64,000 nt of DNA from the human T2T-CHM13v2.0 reference genome, Homo sapiens: NCBI RefSeq assembly GCF_009914755.1, contig NC_060945.1; one strand, written 5' to 3'. The first letter of the stretch is position 1. Each line of letters opens with the position of its first letter. Made by a program: the position numbers and the translations under genes. Under the pieces are notes generated by a model that was given only the letters and a program-made list of their open reading frames with translations, had not been told where the DNA came from and did no database searches. Shown here in pieces: positions 32,528 through 47,450 of the stretch.

Positions 32528-34641
32528 GTGAGGAGAGGGCTGCAAGGCGGCGGCCTGGACCACGGGCGGCTGCAGCGGGGGCGGGGGTCGGCGCGGGGGT
32601 CTGCGCGATGGCTGCCCGGGGCATCCGTCCCGCGCCCGGCGCTTGTCTCCCCGGCCGCCCTTAGCCCCTCGCCGCGCGCCCGAGAGACGGCAGCGGCTGC
32701 CCCTCTGCCTTGTCCTTCCCGTCCTCGGGGGTGGCGGCGGAGTGGCGGGCGGACCCGCACTGGGAGGCCGGGGGCCGCGGTGGGCCGTGGGGTGGCGGCC
32801 GCGGGACGGGCGTGGGGATGAATGGGCGCCGCGGCCCCGCCGCCGAGCGGGCTCCCTCCTCTCGCGGGGACCCCGGGCGGCCGCTCCTTCCCGGGCTGAC
32901 CTCGCTGCCCTCGGCCGCCGGCGAGGGGCGGCCCGGCCTCGCCTCCCGCCGGCCTCCCGGGGACCCGCGTTGGCGGGAGCGGCGCCGCCTCTGCCTGGAG
33001 CCCCGGCTCCTTCCTCGGCCCCTCGCTCGCAAGCCTGCAGAATCCTGGGTCAGTGAAGGGCAGGCAATGCCGTTCGGCCCCAGGGCGCGCCGCGGGGCCG
33101 CCCCTGAAGGCATTTAAAGGGGAGCGTCTTCCGCGCCCTGTGAGCGCGTCCCCGGGTCCGCCGCGTCCCTTCCCTTCTTACGCACCGACACGGTTTTGTG
33201 GTGTGGACCCAAGACACAATTGCAGTCCCTTGCTTGCACGAATGCAATCCGAATTCCCAAAAAAAGGAAACCGGCGAGGAATCGGCCGCACCTTCCTGCG
33301 CTTCTGCTTGCCTTGGGATTAGAAAACAACTTCGGAGATTACATTTCCTATGGGCAATCTTTTGTTGTGATTCAGACTCAAGAAGGCTTTGCTTTGGAAG
33401 AAATAGATTAGCGGCTTCTCTGTGGAGTTGGAGGCTATAGAGATTTTTATAGCCTCTTCAATATGAAAGTTTCCTCTAGAACTTTGCCATCATCAGTGCT
33501 ATTCTGAGGGCAGCAGCAACCTGGAAATTTAGATACATGCAGGCTCCGGCCAGATGCGTTTCTTTGTGCTTGTCTGTTGGCATTCTTCTCTTGCTGCTCC
33601 TCTTGATCAAAACGTACAGATAATAAAGGCAAGGCCAATGAAGAGGGTAGATAATAACAGCAAATCCCATACAAACAAATGCCTCTAGAAATTCTCAGTT
33701 CTGTCAGCGGGGAGGCAGTTTTGCTAATCCCGTGGAACGGATGAAAAGAAAGGCACAGAGATCTCATGGATTATGTAGTGGACAGGATGTGAGGGCAGGA
33801 ACTGGGGCCAGGACCCAGCAGGCCAGCTGGTTTGCATGGTGCCACTCTAAACCCCCAAAATATGAATAGGAGGAATGTATTTGTTGGGATACCTTTATTT
33901 TTAGATGACTTTAAGGTTGAGAGTGCAGAAGCTTAAACATCCTTCATAGTTATTATTTCTTAGTTTATCTCTGAGAACAAAATATGTTTCTGTTTAAAAT
34001 TTCTTTTACTGGTGTGCTTGAAACGTTATTTTGATGGGAGTTTCCTTGTAAGTAAAAACATTGAAAAATACATACATATGAAAGAAAAATCCTTAGTGCA
34101 GATGGGTTTGTAAAGAATCCAGGGACTTTTAAGTCATATAAATTAAGAAGTGAGGGACACTAATTTGATGATGGTGTTAAAATTATTTCAGACACCTTTA
34201 AGTAGTCCAGTGGAGATCATTTCTGATAGTATGATCTTTTTTTAAAAAAATGGTATTTCTTTATCTAGGAATGCTTCTGTTGAAATTGCTACGGCGCATG
34301 GTACCGTCACAAAACTCTTTTATTATTCTGCCTGAGTAAGAGAGGAAATGAACAAATTTTTAATGTACTTTGGAACCCTGCGGATTGCACAGATACTAAG
34401 CATTGTGAAATAGGGCATAAAATGAGTGGTAGCAAGTTAGTTCTGTGAAATGTTTGTCGCTGTTAGCATTTTTTTTTTTTTTTGGCAGTCGACTAGCAAT
34501 TTTCTTTTCCCTAAAGCTTATCTTCAATATTGGTAGTAGAACCTCTGCTCAAGTTTATCTTTTCCCCAAGTGCCTAGACTGGGACAAACTATCAAGCCTC
34601 CTGTAAGAGATTAAGGAGGAGCTGCTGGTAAATTCCTTTCC

Positions 34642-34938
34642 TTTTTTTTTTTCTTGAGGCAGGGTCTGGCTATGTCACAGGCTGGAGTGCAGTGGCGCAA
34701 TCTTGGCATACTGCAGCCTCGACCTCCTGGGCTCCAGTGATCTTCCCACCCCAGCTTCCAGAGTATCTGGGATCACAGATGCACGCCACCATGCCCAGCT
34801 AATTTTAAAATTTTTTCTAGAGACAGGGTCTCTCTGTGTTGCTCAGGCTGGTCTAAAACGCCTACCTTAAACGATTCTCCCACCTAGGCAGCCTCCCAAA
34901 GAGCTAGGATTAGAGGAATGAGCCACCATGCTTCGTCC
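34642..34938 (-). mobile_element. AluJ
   Basis: Diverged dimer; TSD aaattcct. Confidence 0.88.
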
Positions 34939-35104
34939 AAATTCCTCTACTCTAAATTATCTTTTTAATTTGCTAACATTTGTGAGTTGTAGAGAATTGA
35001 TGACACGAGAGTTGGGATTATATTATGCACCTCAAATTCTTCTGCCATAGAGCTGTTCCCTTCTGAATGATCACTTCCTCCTGAATGGCTCCACTTAACT
35101 GGTT

Positions 35105-35620
35105 GGGTTTCTTAAAGTGTGGGCCTCAGATCACTTACATCAGCATTAATGGAGGCACTTGTTAAAAATATAGGTTTTGGGCATGGTGGATCAAACTTGT
35201 AATCCCAACACTTTGGGAGGCTGAAGTAGGAATAGCTTGGGCCCAGGAATTTGAGACCAGCTTGGGCAACACAGGGAAACCTGGTCTCTAAAAAAAAATT
35301 TTTTTTAATATTCTGGGCTTAGTGACTCGTGCCTATATTCCCAGCTTTTCTAGAGGCTGAGGTGGGAGGATCTGGTTCGCTTGAGCCCAGGAGATGGAGG
35401 CTGCAGTGAGCCATGATTGCCCTACTGCATTCTAGCCTGGGCGACAGAGAGAGCGAGCCTGTGTCCAAAAAGTAAGTAAGTAAATAAATACATAAAAATA
35501 AATACGGGTTTCTGTCACCTCGCTTCAGAATCAGACAGCTAGAGGTGGGGCCCTGGAATTGGTGTTGTTAATGCATTCTCCAGGAATTTCTCCTGCATAG
35601 GGAAGTTGGAAACCACTGGC
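35105..35620. mobile_element. MER5A-like, split by AluJ
   Basis: gtttcttaaagtgtgggcc...ggaagttggaaaccactg. Confidence 0.55.
35174..35503 (+). mobile_element. AluJ
   Basis: Diverged dimer. Confidence 0.85.
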
Positions 35621-36344
35621 TTCCTTCTCTCTGAGCATCTCCTGAGACTAGCTCCTGAAGTGGATAGAAAGTTTTTCAAGTAGCAGATTAAGTTTTATCC
35701 CTTAGGCTGCTAATAAAAAACAATTGACTGTGATTGCGTAATTTTACCTGTCGTACACCTTTCAGAAGGCAGAGGCTTTGGTTCACCCCTCTACCTCCAG
35801 GGCCTAAAACAGTGCCTGGAGGAACTCAATTAAACATTTGTTGAGTGAATACGTGAATTACATTGCAGCGAGGCCAATCTTTTAAAAGTTACTTGTCAAA
35901 TTAATCTATCAGTTAGTGGCATATTAAAGCCCAGCATATTACAAAAAAATTTTTTTTAGTAGTCACTGATTTTATAAATTAGGAGCCACAAGCACTATAC
36001 CCCAGTGACTTCTGTAAGTTTGGTTAGTTTAGAAAGGAGAGAGCCTTTCCCAGGCGTAGTGTGCTCAAGGTGATTAGCCAGAAAGAAGATTCAGAACAAA
36101 GCATTTGCTTAGAGAGTCAAAATGTAAATTTAAGTCACAGTGTAGTGGTAAATCATATATCAAACTTATATTTGGTATATTGTCTTATATCAAAATATCA
36201 TTTTATAAACCATAAGTCCAACATACTGCTATAAAAATTGGTTTCTAGCAAATAGAGAAAATTGTTATGTTTTCCAATTTCACTTTTCATACTAATAAAA
36301 TTTGACCTTTACACCTTCTTTTCAAGAGTTCACCACAGGGCACC

Positions 36345-36545
36345 ATAGATATTATGTAGTTAAGAGCTCAAACTCTGGAGAATATTGTGTTTGACCACAC
36401 ATAGTCAGGGAGTTTGATCTAACCTCTCAATGCCTCATTTCTCAGCTGAACATGGAAATAGTAATAATAAAGTTCACATACTTCTAAGTGCTTACCTAAG
36501 TTTTTGAGACACATCCACTTAATAAATGGTAGTTACAGTGATGAT
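36345..36545 (+). mobile_element. MIR
   Basis: gtagttaagagctcaaactctggag...aacctctcaatgcctcatttc. Confidence 0.55.
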
Positions 36546-36600
36546 AAAGAATTGGGGTGTATAAAAATACCTAAAACTCAAAAGCTAACCCATTTAATTA

Positions 36601-36822
<222 letters not shown>

Positions 36823-36999
36823 TTATTGCTAACTCCTTGGTACTATGTATAATTTTTTTAATTGAATGACTAGACTAAACATTGAAAGTATTTAATAAGC
36901 TATCAAATATGTATTAATATAAGTTTTGAAAATAAATACTAAATCTCCTGATCTCTTTTAGGTTAAAATATAGTTTATGATGAGCAACTAATATTCTTT

Positions 37000-37900
37000 G
37001 TATTTAAAAAGATAATTGTTTTATGGTAGAAAAATTGAAATACAGAAAAGTATAAAGTAGAAAACTATGAAATACCCGTAAGTCTACTACCTGCATACAT
37101 ATTTCTTCAAATCCTTTTGTGTGTGTGCATATGGCTATTCATATACAATTTCTGGTAACAAAAATGGGATCTTGCTATACATATGGTTGTAACCTGCTTT
37201 TTTTTTGCTTAACATCTTGTCATGAGTGTCTTTTCCTATATATATATTGCATTATAACAATTTTAGTAACCAAATAATATTCCGTTTTATGGATCTATGG
37301 TAGTTTTTTTTTTAATTTTTATTTTTTCAGACGGAGTCTCAGTCTGTTACCCAGGCTGGTGTATAGTGGCTCAATCTTGGCTCACTGCAACCTACGCTTC
37401 CCAGGTTCAAATGAATCTCTTGCCTTAGCCTCCTGATTAACTGGGATTACACATGCCTGCCACCATGCCTGGCTAATGTTTGTATTTTTAGTGGAGATGG
37501 GGTTTCGTCATGTTGGCCAGGCTGGTCTCATGCTCCTAACCTCAGGTGATCCACCTGCCTCAGCCTCCCAAAGTGCTGGGATCACAGGCGTGAGCCACCA
37601 CACCCAGTCATGGATCTCTGGTGGTTTAGCCAATTTATTTTTATTAGACATTAGTTTGTTTATTTTTCCTCCACGGTTACTTATAACCCTGCAGTGACTG
37701 TCCTTCTACATATGTCTCTGAATGTACTTGTGAGATTATTTTCATTAGGATAAATTTCTACAAATGGAATTTGCAGGATCAAAGCCTATGCTAAATTTTA
37801 GGATTTTTTAAATCCGTATTTCCAATTTGTCATTTAGAAAGATTGTATCATTTTATACTCTTACCATGGTATATCAGACTTCCAGTCTCCCAGCCCCTTG
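37000..37900 (-). mobile_element. L1ME-type fragment
   Basis: Degenerate L1ME motifs (taggataaatttcta...tggaatttgcaggatcaaag). Confidence 0.5.
37304..37606 (-). mobile_element. AluS
   Basis: Dimer; TSD atggatct(a/c)tggt. Confidence 0.9.
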
Positions 37901-38378
37901 TACCTTCCCCCATTTTATGGAATGACTTAACCAGTGACAAACCTAGTGAATTTTTGCTTTTAGGAAGAAGAATGGACTGTTAGTATAATGTGTTTAGTAG
38001 TGTGATATGGAAACTCAGAAATCTTGTGCATGGGTAATAGTGATAGCTAATGTCGATTAAGTTCTTTTGCAGCATCTTATATACATTAACTCACTTCACA
38101 AAAAACTCTCATCTTACAGATGCCTTGGAAACTAGGGTACCAGCAATTAGAGAGCCAGCAAGTGTCTGAGCAGATTTTTACTGTAGAGTCCAAAACTCTT
38201 AGCCTGTTTCCTAGACATGTTTTATAGGCATTTGGGTACTTTTTATGTTCTCGATTGCTGTTGTGGAGTAACTAAGAGGTTCTCTGACATGTACTAATAT
38301 ATAAACTGGGTGGGGCACAAATTTGAATCCCTTTCACTGAAGAGTTGGTCACATAAGTTAGCTCAGAAATTAGCTTTG

Positions 38379-38737
38379 GGACCGGTGCTGTGGGTCACTC
38401 CTGTAATCCCAATACTTGAGAGGCCAAGGTGGGAGCATTACTTGAGCCCAGGAGTTCCAGACTGGCCAGGGCAACATAGCAAGACCCTACAAAAAATTTT
38501 TTAAAAAGTAGCCCAGTGAGGTGATGCCCACCTGTAGTCCTAGCTACTAGGGAGGCTGAGGTGGGAGGACTGTTTGTACCCAGAAGTTGGAGGCTGCAGA
38601 TGCCACAGCACTCCAGACTGGGCAACATAGTGAGATCTTGTCAAAAAAGAAAGGGGAGGGCAGGGCAAGAGAGAGAGAAAAGAAAGGAGAGAAAGAGAAA
38701 GAGAAGGAAGGAGAAAGAAAGAGGAGAGAGAGAAAAA
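38379..38737 (+). mobile_element. AluJ with long GA-rich tail
   Basis: Diverged dimer; nearly purine-only tract 38643-38737. Confidence 0.85.
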
Positions 38738-38966
38738 TTAGCCTCATCAACTGTCCAGCATTCATCCTTAAAGTAGTCTTGTTATCCTTTACTCTGTAGT
38801 GGTTTTCCTAAAGTACCCCTGCATGAAAAACAGGATTAGAGTGCTAGAGAAGACTAGTGAAATTTGAAAAGGCAGTTCACTTGTGATGTGGACTTGTCTT
38901 AGAAACGCAAGACTGTACAGAAGTGTGATGAGGGAGACAGCTGGGTGTGTGTGTCCAGGTAGTTCC

Positions 38967-39080
38967 ATGTTGGCGAGTTTGGAGATAGAAAGTGGCCTAA
39001 GGAAGTTTACTTCCTGAATGTGAATGTTGGCCACTTTGGAGATAGAAAGTGGCCTAAGGAAGTTTGCTTCCTGAATGTGA
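38967..39080. repeat. 57-bp tandem duplication (2 copies)
   Basis: atgttggc...ggagatagaaagtggcctaaggaagttt(a/g)cttcctgaatgtga x2, 3 mismatches. Confidence 0.95.
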
Positions 39081-39548
39081 AGGCCTCAGTGTAGAGAGAT
39101 ATCATCCACTGGGAGATCACTGAAAAGTAAACCAAAACATTTTTATTAATACATGGGATGGTAGAATGTCACTCCAGTTTTGTTCCTAAAGTTCGTAGCT
39201 CTCTAAGAAAGTGAATTTTAAGCAAGTTAATCTATTTTAATGCATCACTGCTCTTTCGGTGTTTTTCTAGTAGAATTAATGATAGGTAGCTTGCTTTATT
39301 AGCTTACTGCCCAGAGAGAACATTGGTGAAATTGTTTTGGCTTCAGCTCTCTGGACTGAGTTTGGCTGCCTAGCTCAGTTTTCAGTTGGTCACCAAAACC
39401 TGTCATTGTTTTTGTGTGGTATGGGGTCTGCTGGAGTCATGTGGTAGTGCGTTTGGCCCTTCATTGAGTGGTGGAGCCAGGAGTTGAGCTGAGGGCTGTG
39501 GCAGAATTTTGAATTCAAGTGAATTCGAATGTGAAAATAACAATGTCT

Positions 39549-39873
39549 GGCCGGGCGTGGTGGCTCACACCTGTAATCCCAGCACTTTGAGAGGCCGAGG
39601 TGTGCGGATCATGAGGTCAGGAGTTTGAGACCAGCCTGGCCAACATGGTGAAACCCCATCTCTACTAAAAAATACAAAAATTAGGCGGGCGTGGTGGCGC
39701 ACAAGTGTAATCCCAGCTACTTGGGAGGCTGAAGCAGGAGAATTGCTTCAATTCCCTGCTTGAACCCAGGAGGTGGAGATTTCAGTGAGCTGACATCGCA
39801 CCATTACACTCCAGCCTTGGCGACAGAGCGAGACTCTGTCTCAGAAAAAAAAAAAAAAAAGAAAGAAAGAAAA
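39549..39873 (+). mobile_element. AluS
   Basis: Dimer; TSD gaaaataacaa. Confidence 0.92.
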
Positions 39874-41909
39874 TAACAAGGTCATAGCAACACAGCAAGT
39901 GGTCAGAATTTTACCCTTGGTGGTTAAAATTAAACATCCTCTTTTTAATACAGGAGGACAATGCTCTTGCTCCTCTGTTGCACTGGTGAGCATTTGATGT
40001 GTTCCTCCTTGCATTATGTCTGCAAATCGTTCTGGTGTCTGGTGGCATGCATTTGCAAGACATGGATACAGTTCATGGACGTGGACGAGGTCAGCTGGCT
40101 TTTAGTGTCAGGCTTTAACCAACCTAGTTAAGAAGGACGCTGACTCTTACCATAAAAGCACTGCAACAAGATTGGAATTGGAGCTCCAACGAATTGGAGC
40201 CATTCGTTTTGTGTGTGTGTGTCTGTTTGCCTGTGTGTGTGTACAGGGTTAATTACTTCTCTGCAAGGCAAATTTCCTGACCGGTTTTATTGTTCTAACA
40301 CAGACAAAATGTTGTGTAAACACATATATCATTCCAGTGTGTTATCTATAATAGGAGTGTTCATTGTGGATCCAGTGTTTCACAAAAATCAATTCATTTC
40401 CGCTCTGAACTTAAGATAGTAGATTTTAAAACCAAGTTATCTTTCAATTTCTGAAGTTATCTGAAACTCAGCTGCCCCAGTCTTGCAGAATTGGAGAATT
40501 GCATTTTGGCCACTGATGAATGAAAGCTATATAGCTAGTAATGAGAGAAACCTTGAAAAATTGACAAGAAAATGAGTGCCATTCTTGGTATATAGCAGAT
40601 TTCAATGAATAGTAGTTCCCTTTGCCTTTATTTTTCCTCTTTCCTGCACTTAATATAAAGAGCTAATATTAAAGTCATTAAATGAGAATAGATCTGTATT
40701 ATAGGTAGCACTGCTTATTTTTAGACCCCTTCAGATACAGTTATTACAATTGTTGTTTTAATATTCTTTAAATGATTACAGGAGGAAGAAACTTGGTAGC
40801 GGGGTTACCAGGATGTTAGCTCCATGAGGGCAGGGAGTGTATCGCTGTTGTCCAGGGGGCTAGCCCCAGGCCCTAGAGCAGCGCCTGCTGCCTGGCAGAC
40901 ACGCAAGGGTTATTTGTTGGTTTATTAAATCAAGGAGTGTTTGAGGTCCTTCAAGCCTGGAGGCCCGAGGGCTCTGAGCTGGTACAGAGCAAGTGCTGGG
41001 GGCAAGAGAGACAGGTGGGGAGTGAAGGAGAGAGGCCCACTTGGGACTTGACTCTGAATGTCTGGGAAGTAGGAAGTTAATGTAAGTTTTAAGCAGGGGA
41101 GTCCCATGATGTGCTTTTGTTTAAAAATCTCCTTCTGAGTATCATGTGGGAGTGGATTGGAGGATGGATAGAGAGGAACATTCCATTGACTCGGCTTCCA
41201 GCTGTCTATGGATGTTGACGTTTCTACCTAGCCTTCTGCTTTATCTTTGTGATGAGGATAATGTGGTGTACTTTGTGAGGTCTCAGGAATGGTTTGAGAT
41301 GAATGGTAATTTGTGTAAACTTTCCGGAGTTTCTCTGAGGAAAAGAGAACCCCATAAAATTATTACTATTGATCAAATGAAATAGCAGTGTAAGACAAAG
41401 ATCAAGAATTATTTAGCTTTATAAACAAATTAATTGAGGTTATGAATATAGGTTTCTATAGGAGAGATTTTGTTTCCTTTTTTTAGTGAAAGAAATCTTA
41501 AATGTATGGGAATGAATCCTTAAAATAGCAGGCTTTTGCATTGTCTATAGAAGCTGTTCTCTTTGAGGAAGATCTGTTTTGTAAAATGCTGCTGTTGTCT
41601 GTCCAATCTGGAGTTTTAATTAGTATCAAAGGGAGGGAAATCCTGCAGTAATCGTAACCTTACTTTAATTCTTAGTTCAATTAGTTTTAAACCACAGTCA
41701 TTATCTGTTATCTTTAGTTGTTTTGATCTTGGTAGATGAAGTGATTAATATTACAGTTGTGATTTGGTAATTTAAAAAATAACATGTTTTTTCCTACTAC
41801 AAAAGGAATACATGTTTATTGAAGAAAACTTTTGGAAACATATATAAGGAAAGAAGACTAAAAGCCTACCAAGATCTTACCATCCAGTGATAATGACTGT
41901 TAATACCCT

Positions 41910-42227
41910 GTGAAGGTCAACATGCTCAAATTACCCAGCAGGTGCCTGGTGTGAAGCTACTTAGCCCGGGAGAGTTGAAGGCCTGTTAGGGACCACGAGC
42001 ACTGAAGGTGGCAGGACGGTCCAGGGCCAGTCAACCCAGACCTTTGTGGTTCTGGGAGGATGCGTCCTGGTGTTACTACACCTTATAGTTATTTAGGAGA
42101 ATGTGGGTTTAATATGAAATCTTCTGATTTTTATGTGGGCCACACTTTTTATTGTTAACACACTGGGGTTCAAAGCATACCTGAGGGCTGGATTCAGTCT
42201 TCGTTGCCTTGCCAGTTTGTAGCCTCA
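41910..42227. mobile_element. MER102-like hAT element
   Basis: gagaatgtggg...tgatttttatgtg...gccagtttgtagcctc. Confidence 0.4.
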
Positions 42228-42732
42228 GGTACGTACAGTTTTGTAGCCTGTGTTTTTCACTTAATGTGTTGTATTTGCAGCCTTTTTTGCTACATCGTCA
42301 TATATGTAATCAGTCACTTATTGCTGGACCTATAGATTCTTTGTCTTTTTGCTTTTTAATAAAGATAGGTAAAATTCTTGGACCAAAAGTTGTTTGTAAA
42401 GCCTTTGCAGCATACCGCTCTCAGATGCATTCCCCCTATCATGTAAAAGGTACTTGTTTCCTGTTCTCTTACCAGGACTGGGTAAAACCATCTCCAAAAA
42501 CATCTTAGCCAATTTTATTTGTTTTAACTTGCATTATTTTCTGTATTACCAATGAGTGTGAATGATTATTAAATGCCTATTGGCCTTACACAAATTTATT
42601 TGGTAACCAACTTGTCTTGCTGGAACTCTAAGTTCCAGCAATGTTTTGGTCTTGCATTCAATGCTTCTCAGTCTTTGTGATTCCAGATAATATTAGTACT
42701 GTGTTAGTAGCAATAATTAGTACTAATTGTAG

Positions 42733-43108
<376 letters not shown>

Positions 43109-43285
43109 GTGATTGGGAAGTTCTGAGTTTAGTTAGCTGTTCAGTGAATGTTTGAGTACACGCTGTATATGCCTGGCATTGCTCTAGGTGAGTAGCCTTG
43201 AACCAAGATAGAATCTCAGCCCTCTAAGACTTCTATGCTTTTTTAAAAATTCTCGAGTTTTTCATACAGACCATCATGTTTATAA

Positions 43286-43635
<350 letters not shown>

Positions 43636-43639
43636 AATG

Positions 43640-43760
43640 TCTTTCTTTTTTTTGAGATGATGTCTTGTTATATCGCCCAGGATGGTCTTGAACTGCTGGG
43701 TTCCAGCAGTTCTCCTGTCGCAGCCTCCCAAAGTGCTGAGATTATAGGCATGAGCCACCA
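43640..43760 (-). mobile_element. FLAM-like monomer
   Basis: Left monomer. Confidence 0.75.
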
Positions 43761-43824
43761 TAACTTGTATTTGTTTATTGGCATGGAACTTCTAAAACAG
43801 TGATGAATGCTTGTTACCCTTTAA

Positions 43825-44169
<345 letters not shown>

Positions 44170-44324
44170 TTTGATTTTTTAAATTCACTTTAATTATCTT
44201 AAGTTCTGTTATACTCTAGACTCTTAGCAAGAGTCTAGAATCAACGTTAGTTATTAGTTCCGTATTTTGATTATGAGACAAGGTACAAAGCTGAGACTGT
44301 GTGATGAGAACCTTTGGAATGTAT

Positions 44325-44785
44325 ATCTGACCCAACACAGATCCCCTAAGTGCCCTTCAACCTACACATCCAATTTCTTCCTACCTCCTTCTCTACACAA
44401 AAGACATAATACATTGAACTCGGGTTGGGCACCTGACCAACCTGGCCCAATCAGTGTTCGTTTCTTCCCTGGAAATTTGAAACTAGGCTCAATAGAGAAG
44501 GATTTGGCCTTAATATGCTCAAGGACCCTAAGTAAAGGATTGGGAGTTATAAGCAGTTATGTTCTGCTGTCTGGGGACTAAGAAAGATGATTTATGGATG
44601 GGGAGAATAAAGTAACTGTCTAAAGAGAAGCAGAGAGAACACTACCTGACTCTCTGACAGCATTAAGCCACTCTCTTCCAGTCTGTTCTTGGTCCAGCTG
44701 CATTCTCGTTCTTGAGTTCTTAAGGTTACCTCCTTCCCCTTGATTTAGGTAGCTGGAGTTTCTGTTACTGTGAACTAAACATTCT
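44325..44785 (+). mobile_element. Old ERVL-class LTR (LTR33-like)
   Basis: gggcacctgaccaacctggcccaatcag...gtttctgttactgtgaac. Confidence 0.45.
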
Positions 44786-45236
44786 TCTCATTCTTACCAC
44801 AATATTCTTTTTATGATACTACCTTGTCTCTTTTTTTTTTTCACTATGTCTAGGGACGTTGTGAATTTGTTATTATTTTCTCCATATAATAACATCAACA
44901 GTTAAGGATAGCAAGAAACATGGAAGTACCAAAATTTAATCTAATTCAGGCAATCACAATTTGATTGGAAAGGCCATTTTACAAATGCGGACTCTGGCTC
45001 GGACCTGTTTTAAACCGGTGTAGATCTCTAGCTGAGGGAAAACAGGAAGGAAGAAATTTTGAAGTTACTTTTAAATGTTGCAGAATTTCAGTGGTGTCAT
45101 TTCCTTTCACATCCATATAAAATGTTGACCTCCTGCAAAAACCAATACTAGGGACATTCACAGTGTACAGTATTATGTGCATCTGTATAGGGGGTGAGTC
45201 TGAATTCTGTTCAAGTGTGTAGCCACTGAAACAAGA

Positions 45237-45545
45237 TTTTTTTTTTGTTTGAGGCAGAGTCTTACTCTGTCACCCAGGCTGGAGTGTGCAGCGGTGCAAT
45301 CTTGGCTCACTGCAATCTCTACCTCCTGGGTTCAAACAATCCCCCCACCTCAGCCCCCAGAGTGGGTAGGATTACAGGCACCACCATGCCTGGCTAATTT
45401 TTTTTTTTTTTTTTTTGGTATTTTTAGTAGAGATGGGGTTTCGCCATGTTGGCTAGGCTGGTCTTGAACGCCTGACCCAAAGTGATCTGCCTGCTTTGAC
45501 CTCCCAAAGTGCTGGAATTACAGGCGTGAGCCACTGCGAAGGGCC
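45237..45545 (-). mobile_element. AluS/J (donor of local duplication)
   Basis: TSD tgaaacaaga. Confidence 0.9.
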
Positions 45546-45849
45546 TTGAAACAAGACTCTAAAGTGTACTGTCGAAATACCAAGAAGTTGAATCACAGAA
45601 TAGTTTACCTGGGGCTGGGCTTAGTTCTTAGATTAGCTTTCTGTGTCGTGGTGATGTCATGTATCAGGAATCCTTAACTTAAAAAAAACTCAGTGATAAG
45701 TTTAAGTAGTCCACTATCTAAATGCAGTTGGGTGGGGAGGTGGAAAAAGTGATAGGGAGAGAAAAAAGAGGATTGTAGGAGAGAGAAGGAAGAAAAAGGA
45801 AGGTTGCTTTATTGCCACAGTTTTCTTTATTCATAATTGTATTTGTATG

Positions 45850-46135
45850 AGCTTTTTCATTTCCAAGTGGAAGAAGCACAGCATTGAAATGTAGTGACTC
45901 ACATACCTGTCAAGTCCAAGGATTCTGATTGGCCTGGCATGATCGTGTGTCTGAACCCATCATATGACCAAGGGAAACGTGTACTCTCATTGGCTCTCCT
46001 GGGCCTTGGGTCTACCTTTTCCCCCAGTTGGTGAGACCAGTACCTAAACTCGTGGAATTAACAGAAAGCATTAAAGAGAAGTAGGATCTGTCAAGAGGAG
46101 AAAAAAACGCTAGGCAGGCAAAACAGATGGCCTTT
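45850..46135 (-). mobile_element. MLT1-like LTR fragment
   Basis: tctgattggcctggc...tactctcattggc...gctaggcaggcaaaaca. Confidence 0.45.
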
Positions 46136-46479
46136 ACTCAGTGTATGATCAGTGTCATACAAATTAATAATTAATAATTGAAGTTACTTTTAAATGTTGT
46201 AGTATTTCAGTGGTGTCATTTCCTTTCACATACATATAAAATGTTGACCTCATGCAAAAACCAATACTACAGACATTCACAGTGTACAGTGTTGTGTGCA
46301 TCTGTATAGGGGGTGAGTTTGAATTCTGTTCAAGTGTGTAGCCACTGAAACAAGCTTTTTTTTTGAGACGGAGTCTCACTCTGTCACCCAGGCTGGAGAG
46401 TGCAGTGGTGCAATCTTGGCTCACTGCAACCTCTACCTCCAGGGTTCAAACGGTCCCCCCACCTCAGCCCCCGGAGTAG

Positions 46480-47093
<614 letters not shown>

Positions 47094-47450
47094 GCAGAAG
47101 CTTTCTTGACCTTCTCCTTTTATCTCTGATTGTCAGTTTCCTCTTAGTTTCATTTCTTTCCATAAGCAGCTGTGACCTCAGCATGGGTCATTTCAGCTAT
47201 TTCCTTGCCCTGTTGCTCTGTTACATTTAGGACTTCCCAATTCCCTTTGAGGGCTTCTTATCCTTAAAATGTTGCTGTCGCCAGGGCTTTTCATACCCTC
47301 TTTTGACATTTCACTGGTCTTCCACGGCAGTCATTTTCACTGTATTTATCTGTCTGTACCTGGAGCGGTGTCTTTTTTTCTAACCCTGCATCGTGTAATG
47401 ATGATGTTCTGATAGGTGATTTTGTCTTTGTGCAAACATCATAAAGTGTA

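Larger units (their letters stand above)
31380..33310. promoter_or_regulatory. CpG island / bidirectional promoter CRYZL1-ITSN1
   Basis: Very high GC and CpG density; two divergent first exons about 750 bp apart; GC boxes (31561, 31606, 31708, 32140) and CCAAT/ATTGG boxes (31578, 32070, 32188). Confidence 0.92.

Noticed and set aside
31991-33440. Overlapping Arg/Pro/Gly/Ala-rich ORFs up to 214 aa
   Set aside because: Expected from stop-codon scarcity in a CpG island; most cross the ITSN1 exon 1 donor and resemble no known family.
38643-38737. Polypurine tract (triplex-forming potential)
   Set aside because: Explained as a decayed Alu tail; no clear mirror symmetry.
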